Shown here in pieces: positions 62,073 through 64,000 of a stretch of 64,000 bases of DNA; position 1 is the first letter of the stretch, and the number at the start of each line of letters is the position of its first letter. The translations under genes were made by a program, and so were the position numbers. Source of the stretch: Malacoraja senta (lineage: Eukaryota); contig CM075990.1 of NCBI GenBank assembly GCA_038087875.1, positions 4,032,001 through 4,096,000 of the forward strand, read 5' to 3'. The notes under the pieces are model-generated. The model was not told the origin of the DNA. It searched no databases and was given only the letters and a program-made list of their open reading frames with translations.

Positions 62073-62256
62073 CTTCTAGTCTTTGTATTTTGGCCTTCAC
62101 AGAAATCACAGTCTCGAATGGTGACACTCTGAGTTCAAAACAAGTTCCTGTGAGTGTTTCAATGAAAAGCTCCATTGTCTCGTAAAAAGGGAATTTATAG
62201 CTTATAGGCCCAGAATTATCCTCATTAAAGGAAGGCGGTTCCTTCTTGTTTTCCAT
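62073..62256 (-). CDS. ZFAND4: ZFAND4 coding exon 1 (start codon; N-terminal part of ubiquitin-like domain); whole exon 62073-62384 includes 128 nt of 5'UTR
   Basis: Translates MENKKEPPSFNEDN...MELFIETLTGTCFELRVSPFETVISVKAKIQRLE, matching the recalled vertebrate ZFAND4 N-terminus. Donor GAAG|GTACAA at 62072; acceptor ttttctgacccccAG at 62386-62385; 184 coding nt. Confidence 0.96.
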
Positions 62257-62288
62257 TTCAATGCAATCCACTGGTTTCGGAGGACAGC

Positions 62289-62369
62289 TTATGATGAAAG
62301 CTGGCCCCACGTTAGCTGCAGATGGAGATTGCATCCAAATCGCATTTGAGGCTGGTTCGCGATGACCAT
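62289..62369 (-). promoter_or_regulatory. Upstream ORF (26 aa, MVIANQPQMRFGCNLHLQLTWGQLSS*) in ZFAND4 5'UTR
   Basis: ATG 62369 to TAA 62289 inside the predicted exon, out of frame with and ending 32 nt before the main ATG. Confidence 0.55.
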
Positions 62370-63419
62370 GACCAAGCAGTCCTTCTGGGGGTCAGAAAAC
62401 AAGAGCAAATATTACCACTGATGGCCATTGATCTCCTTTCCTGAGGAACATAATATTATGGGCTTTAAAACAAAATTGGTTACGGAGGTGCTAATATAAC
62501 ATTCAAACTCCCAAACAACAGGCTCGCCAAAAGAAAAAATCAAATCTGTCTTTTAAAAAAAATAAAAGACAATGACAACAAATCTGTAACAATAATTTGG
62601 AGAGGGGAATTAATCGCTCTGAGGTTAATTCACTTTACAACATTACAATAGAAGTATTAGTGAACTGGGTGCCAATTTATTTTGCAGATGGCACACAAAC
62701 AAGAATAACATGATACCACCATATTTGTTCATTGAAAGTAGACTGGAGACTAAATATAAATTGCTTGAAATACTCAATTTCAGAGAGCAACTTTAAAAAG
62801 AGACAGCATTAGCATTTCAAGTCAGAGATCTTTCATTAGAGCTGGGAAAAACATTTAAATAAAGGTAACGGGAGGTCAGAGTAAGATTATGTTTCTTTGA
62901 CTGTACAATGTATTACCAAGAGCAATAGACAATAGCAATGGGTGCAGGAGTAGACCATGCAGGAGTAGACCAGCACCGCCATTCAATGTGATCATGGCTG
63001 ATCATCCCCAATCAGTACCCCGTTCCTGCCTTCTCCCCATATCCCCTGACTCCGCTATTTTTAAGAGCCCTATCTAGCTCTCTCTTGAAAGCATCCAGAG
63101 AACCTGCCTCCACCGCCCTCTGAGGCAGAGAATTCCACAGACTCAACACTCTGTGAGAAAAAGTGTTTCCTCGTCTCCGTTCTAAATGGCTTACTCCTTA
63201 TTCTTAAACTGTGGCCCTGGTTCTGGACTCCCCCAACATCGGGAACATGTTTCCTGCCTCTAGTGTGTCCAAGCCCTTAACGCAGGGGCGTGGACTTTCC
63301 CCATCGGCCAGGCTTTACTAATAACGAGAGAGAAATCAAGCCAAAAATAACAACAGCAGAAAGCCAGTTCTGATACAGGCAGATAGCAGGAATTGCCCAA
63401 ATTTGGAGACTTTGATTTT

Positions 63420-63955
63420 AGGTTGGGAGGTCATGTTGCAGTTGTATAAGATGTTGGTGGGACCACATTTAGAGTATTGTGTTCAGTTCTGGGCACCATG
63501 TTATTGGAAAGATGTTGTCAAGCTGGAATGGGTAGAGAGATTTACGAGGAAGTTGCCAGAACTAGAGGGTCTGAGATATAGGGAAAGGTTGAATAGGCTG
63601 GAACTCTATTCCTTGAAGTGCAGTAGGATGAGGGGTGATTTTATAGAGGTGCCCAGAGTAGGTGAACCGAGGACTAGAGGACATAGATTGAAGGTGAAAA
63701 GATTTAATAGGAATGTGAGGGGTAACTTTTTCACACAAAGGGTGGTGGGTGTATGGAACAAGCTGCCAGAGGAGGTAATTGAGGCTGGGACTATACCAAT
63801 GTTTAAGAAACAGTAAGACAGGTACATGGATAGGACGGGTTTGGAGGGATATGGACCAAACGCAGGCAGGTGGGACTAGTGTAGCTGGGACATTGTTGGC
63901 CGGTGTGGGCAAGGTGGGCCGAAGTGCTTGTTTCCACACTGTATCACTTTATGGC
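63420..63955 (+). mobile_element. CR1/HER1 LINE 3' fragment
   Basis: ORF 63403..63816 (LYKMLVGPHLEYCVQFW, FFTQRVVGVWNKLP). Confidence 0.92.
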
Positions 63956-64000
63956 TCTAAGCCCCAAAAATTACAAAATGTGTCCTCAAACTTGTGCCAG

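Noticed and set aside
22052..62256. Calling ZFAND4 a pseudogene
   Set aside because: Only one lesion; all splice sites, the 397-codon exon and zinc ligands are intact, so an assembly error is the simpler explanation.

Overview
Eukaryotic, repeat-dense vertebrate DNA. The repeat set (HE1-like tRNA SINEs sharing tails with CR1/HER1-type LINEs, Penelope-like fragments) suggests a cartilaginous fish, probably a skate or ray (inference). One protein-coding gene is well supported: ZFAND4/ANUBL1 (ubiquitin-like domain plus AN1 zinc finger) on the minus strand. It has nine GT-AG coding exons from ATG 62256 to TGA 22052 (~723 aa), and its non-coding first exon probably lies beyond the window. As assembled, coding exon 2 (42828-42904) carries a +1 frameshift. 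A GC/CpG-rich stretch with a minus-strand splice donor beside the 200-N gap (2787-3150) looks like the promoter/first exon of the next gene (MARCHF8 by synteny, unproven). The rest is transposable elements: CR1 (one 3.76-kb copy with an SGNH-esterase ORF1), Rex/Babar-like and L1 fragments, a solo LTR, and Harbinger-, hAT- and pogo-like MITEs, often nested with readable target-site duplications (TSDs). The most interesting signal is a family of 130-225 bp Penelope-derived mini-insertions with 10-15 bp TSDs. Several carry a minimal type-I hammerhead-ribozyme-like core (CUGAAGA..GAAACGUC), and many are fold-back hairpins. All calls are by-eye; no database searches were run.
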